The translations under genes and the position numbers were made by a program. Below the pieces are notes generated by a model that was not told the origin of the DNA, made no database searches, and was given only the letters and a program-made list of their open reading frames with translations. Positions 1-8,127 of a DNA stretch of 43,106 bases are shown here, piece after piece. The stretch is from Chitinophagaceae bacterium (lineage in GTDB: Bacteria > Bacteroidota > Bacteroidia > Chitinophagales > Chitinophagaceae), in NCBI GenBank assembly GCA_044867875.1, contig JBIOVR010000373.1, positions 1-43,106 of the forward strand. Direction: 5' to 3'. Each line of letters opens with the position of its first letter. Positions within the stretch are counted from its first letter, which is position 1.

Positions 1-1
1 C

Positions 2-32
2 GACCCCTGTTTCTACAGGGGTCTATTTTTTT
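2..32 (+). terminator. Rho-independent terminator of an upstream off-window + strand gene
   Basis: Perfect 9-bp stem gacccctgt (2-10) / acaggggtc (15-23) with loop ttct. It is followed by tattttttt. Confidence 0.7.
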
Positions 33-263
33 ATATACCTCCCTGCTTTTTTAGCCTATAAACAATTACTCCTTTTTACAATCATTCAGTCTTTAAAAAT
101 CGGACCTCACCAGGTTATCAGGAAACAGCTGAACTGAAAAGCAGCAGTTTTGTAATTTGTTCCTTGTGATATATAAATCCAATTTTCATCAACCATCGTA
201 AATCATAAAGACTTCTTTCAACATTTCTTTTGTTGTCGCCCCTTTTATAAAATTATCTAATCG

Positions 264-929
264 GTGATTAGCATTTCAAGACAAAGAATTGGTTTATTGT
301 TATTGCTGTTTTGTATTTCCCATTCACTTTTTGCTCATGATGTGATCAGGGATCTTGAAAGCATGTCCGGTAGCGAAGCTGCCATCCTTTATTTGAAGCT
401 TGGCTATAGACATATTCTTCCTTTGGGATTTGATCATATTCTTTTTGTGCTAAGCTTATTTCTACTAAGCCCAAAACTAAAACCTGTTTTGTGGCAATCA
501 CTTGCATTTACAGTTGCACATTCTGTTACTCTTGGGTTGGCAATGTATAATGTTATCAAACCGCCTGCAAGAATTGTGGAACCTATCATTGCAATCTCAA
601 TAATGTATGTAGCACTGGAGAATATTTTCTCACCCAGGTTAAAGGCGTCACGAATTGGGGTTGTATTTTGTTTTGGTCTTGTCCATGGAATGGGTTTCGC
701 CACTGCATTATCGGGTCTTGGGCTGCCTTCTAAATCCTTTCTTAGTTCGTTGGTGATGTTTAATATTGGGGTTGAGCTTGGTCAGCTTACTGTAATAATT
801 GCCGCTTATTTTTTATTCGCAAAATGGTTTGGTAATAAACCTGATTACAGAAAATATATTATGATCCCTTTATCGGCCATCATTGCTGCCATTGCCCTTT
901 ACTGGACCATCCAAAGAACGTTATTCTAA
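264..929 (+). CDS. HupE/UreJ family membrane protein (Ni/Co-uptake-type accessory transporter family)
   Basis: 221-aa ORF with a GTG start in the track. It has a signal-like N-terminus (LLLLLFCISHSLFA). Family-type motifs are HILPLGFDHILFVLSL and FGLVHGMGFA, with multiple hydrophobic helices. The exact start is uncertain. Confidence 0.75.
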   Translation: MISISRQRIGLLLLLFCISHSLFAHDVIRDLESMSGSEAAILYLKLGYRHILPLGFDHILFVLSLFLLSPKLKPVLWQSLAFTVAHSVTLGLAMYNVIKPPARIVEPIIAISIMYVALENIFSPRLKASRIGVVFCFGLVHGMGFATALSGLGLPSKSFLSSLVMFNIGVELGQLTVIIAAYFLFAKWFGNKPDYRKYIMIPLSAIIAAIALYWTIQRTLF

Positions 930-2213
930 ATTTTTTTCCAGGTCTCTTACCTGCTCTGGACTTAGGTCATAGCGATTCTTATAGGCCGATTTAAAGTATT
1001 GCTCTGCGTTATAACCTTTATCCATGCTTTGCATAAGTTTTCCCATATAATACAATTCAAGACCTTCTAATGGTTTTCCGGAAACAGATGATTTAAAAAT
1101 CCTTGCTGCTTTTTCTTTTTGATTATTCTGAAAAAGAGCCCATGCATACCAGGCATTGGTTTGCGGAGTACTGCGATTTTTTAATTCTTGCTCTGCAATA
1201 AACACGGCTTTTGCAGGATCATTCAGAACTCCAACATAAAGACCGATCAAATATTTATTATACATATTACCATATAATAATGGGTTGCTGGCTTGCGCTA
1301 CAAATTCTTCTGCATATTTTTTTATAGTAATACTATCCTTACGGAATTCTGCAAGTTTTTCCATCTTTAAAAGAATATCGGGTGATTTGGTGTGCTGTTG
1401 TACAAATGAAAATATTTTTTCTGCCAGCGAGTCATTCTTCTCATGTACTAAAGCTATCCATCCTATTCCAGTCAAACTATGATGATCGGCTGCATCTAAT
1501 TCAATACTTTTTTTATAAAGAGCATATGCTTGTTGCAGGTCGCCTTTATGTACACAGAGATCAGCAGCATTTGAAAGTGCAGCTTGTTTCAAGACAACGC
1601 TTGCTGTAGCTTTTCCCGCAGCCTTAAGCATATAGCTAATAGCACTGTCTAATGATCCTGAATAATGCTCATACTTTGCTTTACGAAAAAAATAACCATA
1701 AGATCGATCATCGCCTAAGGCTTTAAGAGTAGTTAATGCCCATTGATATAAACCTGTTTCAAACGCAACATCAAATTCTGATAGAGTAATGCCATATTTG
1801 TTGTCGCTTATTTTTTTTGCTTTATCTACAAAAGTAGCTGCCTGGTTAAACTGGTGCTGCTGGATCGCAAATGCCGCCATTGATAAAAATATATCACCTT
1901 CTTTTTCCTGGTTGGCAATATTTGATTCCCTAATAAGACTATCGGCTTTTAGCAGGTCATGAATATCTCCATATAAACGAAAACGGTTGGCAAGCGCCGA
2001 AGCATATTTTGGACCATTAGAAAAATTTTCAGGAGTACTATCCATTCTTTTTTGCCAGAAAATAAGGTCATCCCTGTTTGTTAGCTCTGCTTTTGACAAA
2101 GTGTAATGTTGTATCAGGCTATCGATAAAGCTTTGTTCGACGATTGATTTATCTTTTGTTTGACAAGCAGAAAGAAGAAGGATAATAGATAAATAAGAAA
2201 ACAAATATTTCAC
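921..2213 (-). CDS. TPR-like repeat lipoprotein, function unknown
   Basis: 430 aa with a lipoprotein signal (MKYLFSYLSIILLLSAC). The body is helical and repeat-rich with A/Y/L-spaced units, e.g. QQAYALYKKSIELD and NAWYAWALFQNNQKEKA. Its 3' end overlaps the convergent hupE-like gene by 9 nt. Confidence 0.6.
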   Translation of the reverse strand: MKYLFSYLSIILLLSACQTKDKSIVEQSFIDSLIQHYTLSKAELTNRDDLIFWQKRMDSTPENFSNGPKYASALANRFRLYGDIHDLLKADSLIRESNIANQEKEGDIFLSMAAFAIQQHQFNQAATFVDKAKKISDNKYGITLSEFDVAFETGLYQWALTTLKALGDDRSYGYFFRKAKYEHYSGSLDSAISYMLKAAGKATASVVLKQAALSNAADLCVHKGDLQQAYALYKKSIELDAADHHSLTGIGWIALVHEKNDSLAEKIFSFVQQHTKSPDILLKMEKLAEFRKDSITIKKYAEEFVAQASNPLLYGNMYNKYLIGLYVGVLNDPAKAVFIAEQELKNRSTPQTNAWYAWALFQNNQKEKAARIFKSSVSGKPLEGLELYYMGKLMQSMDKGYNAEQYFKSAYKNRYDLSPEQVRDLEKNLE

Positions 2214-2272
2214 GATATGATTTTGATCTATATACGAGAAATAAGAACTTCTTGTTTTCTAAAACATTAAAA

Positions 2273-2722
2273 TTATCGGAAGTAAAATCTTTTAATTGAA
2301 AAAAAGTACCCGGTAACGCAGCCAATTGCATCTGCAATTATATCTCCCAGGTCAAATGAACGGAATGGAATAAAATATTTCTGTACGAATTCCATCGCAA
2401 TGCCATACAAACAACCAACCACCATTATTTTGAAGAAAATCTTGCGATTGTCAATCTCTGTATTTTTTTTATGCGAATATGCCATGCTCCAGAGAATAAT
2501 CAATATCATAAATAAAAAAATATGGACCCATTTATCAAGCCATATTTTGTCTTGCCATGTGATCTTAGGAAGCTTTGATCCCGGAATGCAAAGCAAACTG
2601 GTTACGAGCAAAAGCCACATGACAGCAAAAACAATTGATGAGACATTTTTCTTCAATGCTGATTTTTTCCGAATATATGTATAAAAGAAGGAGCCCCAAA
2701 AAGGGCCCCTGTCATTAACCAA
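2273..2722 (-). CDS. VanZ-like family membrane protein
   Basis: 149 aa with four hydrophobic helices. VanZ-type segments are DKWVHIFLFMILIILW and GIAMEFVQKYFIPFRSFDLGDIIADAIGCVTGYF. The N-terminal boundary is uncertain. Confidence 0.7.
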   Translation of the reverse strand: MVNDRGPFWGSFFYTYIRKKSALKKNVSSIVFAVMWLLLVTSLLCIPGSKLPKITWQDKIWLDKWVHIFLFMILIILWSMAYSHKKNTEIDNRKIFFKIMVVGCLYGIAMEFVQKYFIPFRSFDLGDIIADAIGCVTGYFFSIKRFYFR

Positions 2723-2802
2723 CTATAGAACCAAATCTTAAGGATTCACGGTTAAAGCTTAACTCTAACTACGGGAAATTCTATAATTGGGATTTGATCT
2801 TT

Positions 2803-3588
2803 TTACTGAATTTTTGTTTTTCCCATTGATTGCAGTTGCTCAAGATTGGGACCTTCTGTATTACCTCTCTTTTCAATAGTGATTGCAAAAGCATCTGCTT
2901 TTTTAACATTACTCATTTTAAGAATGATCTTTTGATTTTCTCCTACATCAAAAAGTCCCAGGCTATTTGGTTGTAACTGTCCATTTTCACCATTCATGAT
3001 TGACCAAAGCTGGTATTGTTTATCGGAAGGAAGTTGAGGCATATTTTTTATAAGAAGATAAACATCCGATGAAGTAGAATCCCAGTAAATGCTGGCTGAA
3101 GCTTTAGCCGGAGTCATTGCTACCATGTTTACGACAGCGACATTCGGATCACTCATTATTTTGTGGTATTCTTCCATTTGATCAACCTTAACCTGGAGTG
3201 ATTTGAGAGAGTTGTCCAGGTCTTTATTTTGATTATAAAGAGTGTAAGCAAAATAACCTGTCACCAAAAACAGAATGATTGAAGCCGCAGCCATCCAACG
3301 TAAGCCCGATGACCTGCGGATCGTTGGTTCTATACTTACTATTTTAGAAGTATTGGATGCAGGATTTTGTTGAATAGCAGAAAACACTTTTTCCTTCACA
3401 TTAGCTGGTGGTGGCAGTGCATTTTCCATGGCTTGTTTTTCAATCGCCAATTCAAAAGCATTTCGTGCAGCTTTGAGTTCAGGATAAACTTCACAGTATT
3501 GTTCAAAATCAAACTTTTCCTGCGCTGACAGCATTCCAAGCACATAGCTTTCAACAACTCCACTTGATATGTATTCTTTTATATTCAC
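2803..3588 (-). CDS. Anti-sigma factor (RskA-like extracytoplasmic domain)
   Basis: 261 aa, starting 4 nt after the stop of the ECF sigma gene. The N-terminus (YISSGVVESYVLGMLSAQEKFDFEQYCEVYPELKAA) is typical of Bacteroidota anti-sigma factors. It has a single TM (WMAAASIILFLVTGYFAYTLY). The C-terminal domain contains KQYQLWSI. Confidence 0.75.
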   Translation of the reverse strand: MNIKEYISSGVVESYVLGMLSAQEKFDFEQYCEVYPELKAARNAFELAIEKQAMENALPPPANVKEKVFSAIQQNPASNTSKIVSIEPTIRRSSGLRWMAAASIILFLVTGYFAYTLYNQNKDLDNSLKSLQVKVDQMEEYHKIMSDPNVAVVNMVAMTPAKASASIYWDSTSSDVYLLIKNMPQLPSDKQYQLWSIMNGENGQLQPNSLGLFDVGENQKIILKMSNVKKADAFAITIEKRGNTEGPNLEQLQSMGKTKIQ

Positions 3589-3592
3589 GTCT

Positions 3593-4132
3593 TTATCTGA
3601 TCATTGTTCTTAATTGACTGATCGCTGTTCTTATTCTTGTTTTTACTGTTCCCAATGGTATGCCCAGCATCTTCGCAATTTCTTCATGAGTAAATCCCTG
3701 GAAATAGGAAAGATCAATAAGCTTTCGGTACTCTTCATTCAAGGTCGTTAAAACTTTTTTCAATCCTACATCATTTACTACCGGGGTAGAGCTCATTGCC
3801 ATTCCTGATTCTCCTTCTACTATTGACTGGGTCCTTTGGTTATCCCTGTAACCTTTAGATCTCACTTTATCTATCGCAGCGTTGCGGGCAATATTCAGCA
3901 TCCATGTAAACAGCCGGCCTTTTGTTTCATCGTAAGAACTGATCTTTCTCCATACATTGACAAATACTTCCTGCAGCACATCACTTGCCGTGTCTTTATC
4001 CGGAACTATTTGGTTAATGATTGTGAAAAGAGCCCCTGAATAATGATCATACAGGTAATTGAATGCATCATTGTTTTGCTCTTTTAGCAAAGCAACGAGT
4101 TCTTGCTCGCTGTATTTGATTTTCGGTTCCAA
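3593..4132 (-). CDS. ECF-type RNA polymerase sigma-70 family factor
   Basis: 179 aa. Region 2 reads DVLQEVFVNVWRKISSYDETKGRLFTWMLNIARNAAIDKVR. The region 4 HTH reads LSYFQGFTHEEIAKMLGIPLGTVKTRIRTAISQLR. The start codon in the track is TTG (caa at 4130-4132 on the + strand), so the start is uncertain. Confidence 0.85.
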   Translation of the reverse strand: MEPKIKYSEQELVALLKEQNNDAFNYLYDHYSGALFTIINQIVPDKDTASDVLQEVFVNVWRKISSYDETKGRLFTWMLNIARNAAIDKVRSKGYRDNQRTQSIVEGESGMAMSSTPVVNDVGLKKVLTTLNEEYRKLIDLSYFQGFTHEEIAKMLGIPLGTVKTRIRTAISQLRTMIR

Positions 4133-4150
4133 GCTGGTTAAAAGGTAAAC

Positions 4151-4180
4151 AAAAAAAGCATCCCTAACTGCGGGACGCTT
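4151..4180 (-). terminator. Rho-independent terminator downstream of gcvH
   Basis: Stem gcatccc (4158-4164) / gggacgc (4172-4178). The single non-Watson-Crick position is a G.U pair only on the minus-strand RNA. The A-run at 4151-4157 gives a U-tract on the minus strand. Confidence 0.7.
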
Positions 4181-4208
4181 TATTTACGAAATATTTTTTT
4201 GCTCAGAT

Positions 4209-4586
4209 TTAAGCCACTTGCTTTTGGTAGGTAGCAGCGTCCATCAGCGCTTCTACATCAGCTGGGCTATTCACTGTCATTTTTACCATCCAGCCTTCAC
4301 CGTAGGGGTCACTGTTAACTGATTCAGGAGAGTTTGCCAAAGCGGCATTTAATTCCGTAATGGTCCCATCTACAGGCAAAAAAAGATCAGAAACTGTTTT
4401 CACTGCTTCAACTGTACCAAATACATCGCCGGCTTTCAAAGCTTTTCCAATCGTTTCCACTTCTATATATACAATATCGCCGAGTTCTTTTTGCGCATAA
4501 TCAGTAATGCCAATGGTTGCCACATTACCATCCAATTTTATCCATTCATGATCTTTTGTATAACGAAGATTTGAGGGAAAATTCAT
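4209..4586 (-). CDS. gcvH: Glycine cleavage system protein H
   Basis: Sequence reads MNFPSNLRYTKDHEWIKLDGNVATIGITDYAQKELGDIVYIEVE, and the lipoyl-lysine motif is VEAVKTVSD. I place the start at the ATG at 4586. The track's 4607 start is a TTG that adds 7 non-conserved residues. Confidence 0.95.
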   Translation of the reverse strand: MNFPSNLRYTKDHEWIKLDGNVATIGITDYAQKELGDIVYIEVETIGKALKAGDVFGTVEAVKTVSDLFLPVDGTITELNAALANSPESVNSDPYGEGWMVKMTVNSPADVEALMDAATYQKQVA

Positions 4587-4689
4587 AGTTGAAAATTTGA
4601 GTTGCAAAGATTATGAAATCAGACTAAATAACTCTAAAAAGTAAATAAAGAATTTTGATGCCAGCTTTTATTCTTCGATTGGACTGCCG

Positions 4690-4725
4690 TTGCGTCGCAC
4701 TCTTGTACTGCAACAATTCTATTCA
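4690..4725. repeat. 36-nt intergenic repeat, copy A (TTGCGTCGCACTCTTGTACTGCAACAATTCTATTCA)
   Basis: Matches 17425-17460 at 35 of 36 positions. It contains the palindromic core TGCGTCGCA. Confidence 0.9.
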
Positions 4726-4765
4726 ACAATTGTTGCAATAGCCTGCCCAGAGCAAAGCGAAGGGT
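4715..4765. repeat. ~50-nt modular repeat unit (AATTCTAT-N4-CAAT / TGnnGCA core / CAGAGCAAAGCGAAGGGT)
   Basis: Same module order and roughly 70% identity to 30530-30579. Includes a perfect 10-bp hairpin: tgcaacaatt (4709-4718) / aattgttgca (4728-4737). Confidence 0.75.
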
Positions 4766-4798
4766 TCTGTTCACTATTCAACTTTTCGTGAATTTTGA

Positions 4799-4849
4799 AA
4801 TGGTCAATGGTAAATATGCGCTTCCAAATTTATTTGACCATTCACCATT
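4799..4849. repeat. Imperfect inverted repeat built from [CG]ACCATT heptamers
   Basis: Left arm aatggtcaatggtaaat (4799-4815). Right arm atttgaccattcaccatt (4832-4849). The arms are complementary except for one mismatch and one bulge. The same heptamer is tandemly repeated at 17540-17563. Confidence 0.75.
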
Positions 4850-4864
4850 GATTATTGACGATTC

Positions 4865-5575
4865 CTAAGTATGACGTTTCCTTTTAATAAGCTTCGCTTT
4901 AATAATTCTTACATCCTGTAAGGGACGATCACGGTCCTGTCCCCTGCTTGTTTGAACGGCTGCAATTTTATCTACCACGTCTAATCCTTTCACTACTTCA
5001 CCATAAACAGTATAACCCTGGTCAAGATGAGGTGTGCCGCCAATCGTTTTATAAACTTCTCTTTGTTCCGCAGGAATTTTTCTGCCATTTAATCGGAATG
5101 TTTCGACTGAATCAAGACCTGCATCAGTAAAAATCTTTCCCTGTGCTATATAAAATTGACTACCACTGCTTTCTTTCGCTGGATTTATATTGTCACCCAT
5201 TCTTGCAGCAGCTAATGCTCCTTTTTTATGAAATAATGTTTTTCTGAACTCAGCCGGAACAGTATAACCCAGACTACCATCTCCAAGCGGCTTACCTGCT
5301 TCAGCCCTTTTACTATTTGGATCGCCGCCCTGTATCATAAAATATTTTATTACCCGGTGAAATAAGAGACTGTCGTAAAAGCCAACTTTTACCAGTTTTA
5401 AAAAATTGTCACGATGTAATGGGGTTGAATCAGATAGCCGGATAACCATATCACCCATCGTTGTTTGCATCAGCACGTCTCTTTTCCTGTCTTTCTTTTT
5501 TATGGTTGAATCTTTCTGTGCAGAAGCGGAAAAAAAAATCAAAGAACTTAGTAAGGCTACGATCCAATATTTCAT
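4865..5575 (-). CDS. Peptidyl-prolyl cis-trans isomerase, cyclophilin type, secreted
   Basis: 236 aa with a signal peptide (MKYWIVALLSSLIFFSASAQ). The cyclophilin signature is FHRVIKYFMIQGGDP, followed by SQFYIA and GYTVYGEVVKGLDVVDKIA. Confidence 0.9.
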   Translation of the reverse strand: MKYWIVALLSSLIFFSASAQKDSTIKKKDRKRDVLMQTTMGDMVIRLSDSTPLHRDNFLKLVKVGFYDSLLFHRVIKYFMIQGGDPNSKRAEAGKPLGDGSLGYTVPAEFRKTLFHKKGALAAARMGDNINPAKESSGSQFYIAQGKIFTDAGLDSVETFRLNGRKIPAEQREVYKTIGGTPHLDQGYTVYGEVVKGLDVVDKIAAVQTSRGQDRDRPLQDVRIIKAKLIKRKRHT

Positions 5576-5587
5576 AAAGTAAAAAGT

Positions 5588-5932
5588 TTAAAAATCATGG
5601 TTCTCAAAATAGAGTAATATATGATCTTTCATAAAATTTTCCTGTTCTATTGCTGAAAAAGCCGGTAAAGATTTTAGTTGACGGAAATGAGGCCATCCAT
5701 CAATATCTCTTCCTTCCAGTTCATAATATCCACTTTGCGCAAAAAGACTGCAAATGGCTATATGCATGAGGTCCTGCTTTTGTTCTTTAGTAAATTTTTC
5801 TTTTACCTGGCCAAATTCCTGAACGCCGATAAGAAAGAGAATAGTTTCCATATCGGGTTTTTTGCCAAACCTTTCTACAAGTTTTGCTTCTAATGCCCAC
5901 CATCTTGTTTGCAAATCATCTTTTGCCTGCAT
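5588..5932 (-). CDS. Hypothetical protein (family not recognised)
   Basis: 114-aa ORF packed tightly (12 nt) upstream of the cyclophilin gene on the same strand. It has no signal peptide or TM and no motif I recognise. Confidence 0.55.
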   Translation of the reverse strand: MQAKDDLQTRWWALEAKLVERFGKKPDMETILFLIGVQEFGQVKEKFTKEQKQDLMHIAICSLFAQSGYYELEGRDIDGWPHFRQLKSLPAFSAIEQENFMKDHILLYFENHDF

Positions 5933-5974
5933 AGCGACAAAGATAACGGCCTTAAATTTGTCAAAACTGATTTA

Positions 5975-6415
5975 ATGGATTTTATAAAAGACAGATTTTA
6001 CATCAGCACCCAAAAAGAAAAAATGGATATAGATCTTATTCATTCTTTTCTCACCCGGTCGTATTGGGCCGAAGGCATTTCAAAAGAAATTATCAGGAGA
6101 TCAATTGAAGGGGCTTTATGTTTTGGCGTGTTTGAAAATGATAAGCAGGTAGGTTTTGCAAGAATGATAACGGATAAAGCAACCTTCGCCTATCTCGCTG
6201 ATGTTTTTATTATTGACGAGTACCGTGGACTTGGTTTAAGTAAATGGTTAATGGAAGTTATCATGTCATATCCAGATCTGCAGGGATTGCGACGGATGAT
6301 GCTGGCAACAAGAGATGCTCATGAGCTCTATAAAAAATTTGGATTTACCCAGTTAAACAATGTTGACAGATGGATGCATATTCACCATCCGGATGTATAT
6401 AAAACGGTCAAATAA
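5975..6415 (+). CDS. GNAT family N-acetyltransferase
   Basis: Acetyl-CoA binding segment VFIIDEYRGLGLSKWLMEVI, plus ATRDAHELYKKFGF. I place the start at ATG 5975 (MDFIKDRF...). The track's 5909 start would overlap the divergent gene. Confidence 0.85.
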   Translation: MDFIKDRFYISTQKEKMDIDLIHSFLTRSYWAEGISKEIIRRSIEGALCFGVFENDKQVGFARMITDKATFAYLADVFIIDEYRGLGLSKWLMEVIMSYPDLQGLRRMMLATRDAHELYKKFGFTQLNNVDRWMHIHHPDVYKTVK

Positions 6416-6758
6416 TTTTTTCAACGACAACAGCTGAACCATAAGCAAGTACTTCCGTTACGCCGCCCATTACTTCATTTGCATCATATCGCATACTAAT
6501 GATGGCATTGGCTCCTTTGTCAGTGGCGTTTTGCAGCATCAGTTGAAATGCATCTTCTCTTGTTCTTTCACATAGTTCCTGGTATATAGAAATATTTCCT
6601 CCGAAGAGCGTTTGAAAACCACCAGCTATATTGCCAAATATGCTGCGTGAACGAACAGTGATACCCCGAACGATACCCAGGTTTTTTATGATCCTGTAAC
6701 CGCTCAATTCAATATTGGTTGTCACCATTGTTGGGTCTATCATATTGTTTATTTTCAT
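6408..6758 (-). CDS. YbjQ/UPF0145 family protein
   Basis: Sequence MVTTNIELSGYRIIKNLGIVRGITVRSRSIFGNIAGGFQTLFGGNI...GANAIISMRYD is characteristic of the family. The true start is probably the internal Met at 6728 (MVTTN). Confidence 0.85.
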   Translation of the reverse strand: MKINNMIDPTMVTTNIELSGYRIIKNLGIVRGITVRSRSIFGNIAGGFQTLFGGNISIYQELCERTREDAFQLMLQNATDKGANAIISMRYDANEVMGGVTEVLAYGSAVVVEKII

Positions 6759-6790
6759 AAATGTACATTGATTGTCTCACAGTCAACAAT

Positions 6791-6798
6791 TACCTTTG
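6791..6798 (+). promoter_or_regulatory. Candidate Bacteroidota -7 promoter box (TACCTTTG) for serS
   Basis: Exact match to the TAnnTTTG consensus, 58 nt upstream of the serS ATG. TTG triplets at 6768-6774 are at a plausible -33 distance. Confidence 0.4.
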
Positions 6799-6801
6799 CG
6801 C

Positions 6802-6841
6802 TCCGAAGGTCATCAAATACTCCTTTGGGGAGTACTTCGGA
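6802..6841 (+). promoter_or_regulatory. Bipartite 5'-leader hairpin upstream of serS
   Basis: Outer stem tccgaag (6802-6808) / cttcgga (6835-6841). It stacks directly on the inner stem tactcc (6818-6823) / ggagta (6829-6834). There is a 9-nt one-sided bulge. Confidence 0.4.
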
Positions 6842-6855
6842 TAAATAGAAAATTA

Positions 6856-8124
6856 ATGTTGCAGATAGCATATATAAGAAATAATAAAGAAGAAGCAAAA
6901 CAAAGATTAGCTGTCAAAAATTTTGCCGAATTAAATCTTGTTGATGAAATCCTTTCATTGGATGAAGAAAGAAAAAAATTGCAACTGGAATTTGATAACA
7001 CACAAGCAAAAGTAAACAGTACTTCTAAAGAAATAGGACAGCTAATGGCCAAGGGACAAAAGGAAGAAGCTGAAAATAGAAAGAAAGAAGTTGGTACACT
7101 TAAATCATCGCTTCAACCAATTTCAGACCGTCTTGCTATTGTTGAAAAGCAATTGCAGGATGTATTAGTGAAACTTCCGAATCTTCCATCAGATAAAGTT
7201 CCACCGGGAAAAACACCCGCAGATAATATCGTTGTAAGAGCCGGAGGGACTGAGCCAAAACTTTCAGTGGATGCATTACCACATTGGGACCTGATAAAGA
7301 AATATGATATCGTGGATTTTGAGACAGGCGCTAAAATTACTGGTAGTGGGTTTCCCTTATATAAAGGCAAAGGCGCAAAACTGCAAAGAGCATTGATCCA
7401 ATATTTTCTTGATTTCAATACTGCAGTTGGATACACAGAATATCTTCCGCCATTTATGGTAAATGAGGCCACGGCTTATGGTACAGGTCAATTGCCGGAT
7501 AAAGAAGGACAGATGTATTTCATGCAGGCCGATAATTTTTACATGATCCCAACTTCAGAAGTGCCTGTTACAAATATTTATCGGGATGAAATAGTGAAAG
7601 AAGAAGATCTTCCAATAAAGATGACAGCCTATTCTCCTTGCTTCAGACGAGAAGCGGGAAGTTTTGGAAAAGATGTTCGCGGCTTGAACCGAGTTCATCA
7701 ATTTGACAAAGTGGAGATCGTTCAATTAGTGCATCCTGAAAAAAGTTACGAGGTATTGGAAGAAATGGTGGGCCATGTTGAAAAATTATTAAACACATTG
7801 GAATTACCCTATCGAATTTTGAAACTCTGCGGCGGTGATATGAGTTTTGCATCTGCACTTACTTATGATTTTGAAGTGTTCAGCGCAGCTCAGCAAAAAT
7901 GGTTGGAAGTAAGTTCTGTTTCCAACTTTGAAAATTTTCAAACAAACAGGATGAAAATTCGTTTTAAAGACAGCAATGGAAAAATGCAATTGGCACATTC
8001 ACTCAATGGAAGCTCTCTTGCATTGCCACGCATCGTTGCTTGTCTGTTAGAGAATAATCAAACTGCTAATGGAATAAAAATTCCTTTGCCACTTCAATCT
8101 TATTTTGGCGCAGAATCTATTTAG
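6856..8124 (+). CDS. serS: Serine--tRNA ligase
   Basis: N-terminal coiled-coil arm MLQIAYIRNNKEEAKQRLAVKNF. Class II motif 2 is FRREAGSFGKDVRGLNRVHQFDKVE and motif 3 is GSSLALPRIVACLLENNQ. I place the start at ATG 6856. The track's 6772 TTG extension is not SerS-like. Confidence 0.97.
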   Translation: MLQIAYIRNNKEEAKQRLAVKNFAELNLVDEILSLDEERKKLQLEFDNTQAKVNSTSKEIGQLMAKGQKEEAENRKKEVGTLKSSLQPISDRLAIVEKQLQDVLVKLPNLPSDKVPPGKTPADNIVVRAGGTEPKLSVDALPHWDLIKKYDIVDFETGAKITGSGFPLYKGKGAKLQRALIQYFLDFNTAVGYTEYLPPFMVNEATAYGTGQLPDKEGQMYFMQADNFYMIPTSEVPVTNIYRDEIVKEEDLPIKMTAYSPCFRREAGSFGKDVRGLNRVHQFDKVEIVQLVHPEKSYEVLEEMVGHVEKLLNTLELPYRILKLCGGDMSFASALTYDFEVFSAAQQKWLEVSSVSNFENFQTNRMKIRFKDSNGKMQLAHSLNGSSLALPRIVACLLENNQTANGIKIPLPLQSYFGAESI

Positions 8125-8127
8125 TGA

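Noticed and set aside
33-263. Possible cobalamin or Ni/Co riboswitch upstream of the HupE/UreJ gene, since these transporters are often riboswitch-controlled.
   Set aside because: By eye I could not find a B12-box-like element or the conserved paired elements of the cobalamin or NiCo classes. The region is AT-rich with no convincing multi-stem structure. A cmscan would be needed to be definitive.
921-929. 9-nt 3'-end overlap of the convergent hupE-like and TPR lipoprotein genes.
   Set aside because: Small convergent overlaps are common and need no special explanation.
4608-4864. Glycine riboswitch upstream of gcvH. The GCGAAGGG-containing segment superficially resembles the riboswitch core.
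   Set aside because: The motif is on the strand opposite to gcvH. It also recurs in unrelated spacers (30501-30579), which fits a repeat family rather than a riboswitch.
6772-6855. N-terminal 28-codon extension of the serS ORF in the track (TTG start, MSHSQQLPLRSEGHQILLWGVLRINRKL).
   Set aside because: The SerS homology begins at MLQIAYIRNN (ATG 6856). The extension covers a consensus -7 promoter box and a stable hairpin, and it does not resemble SerS.
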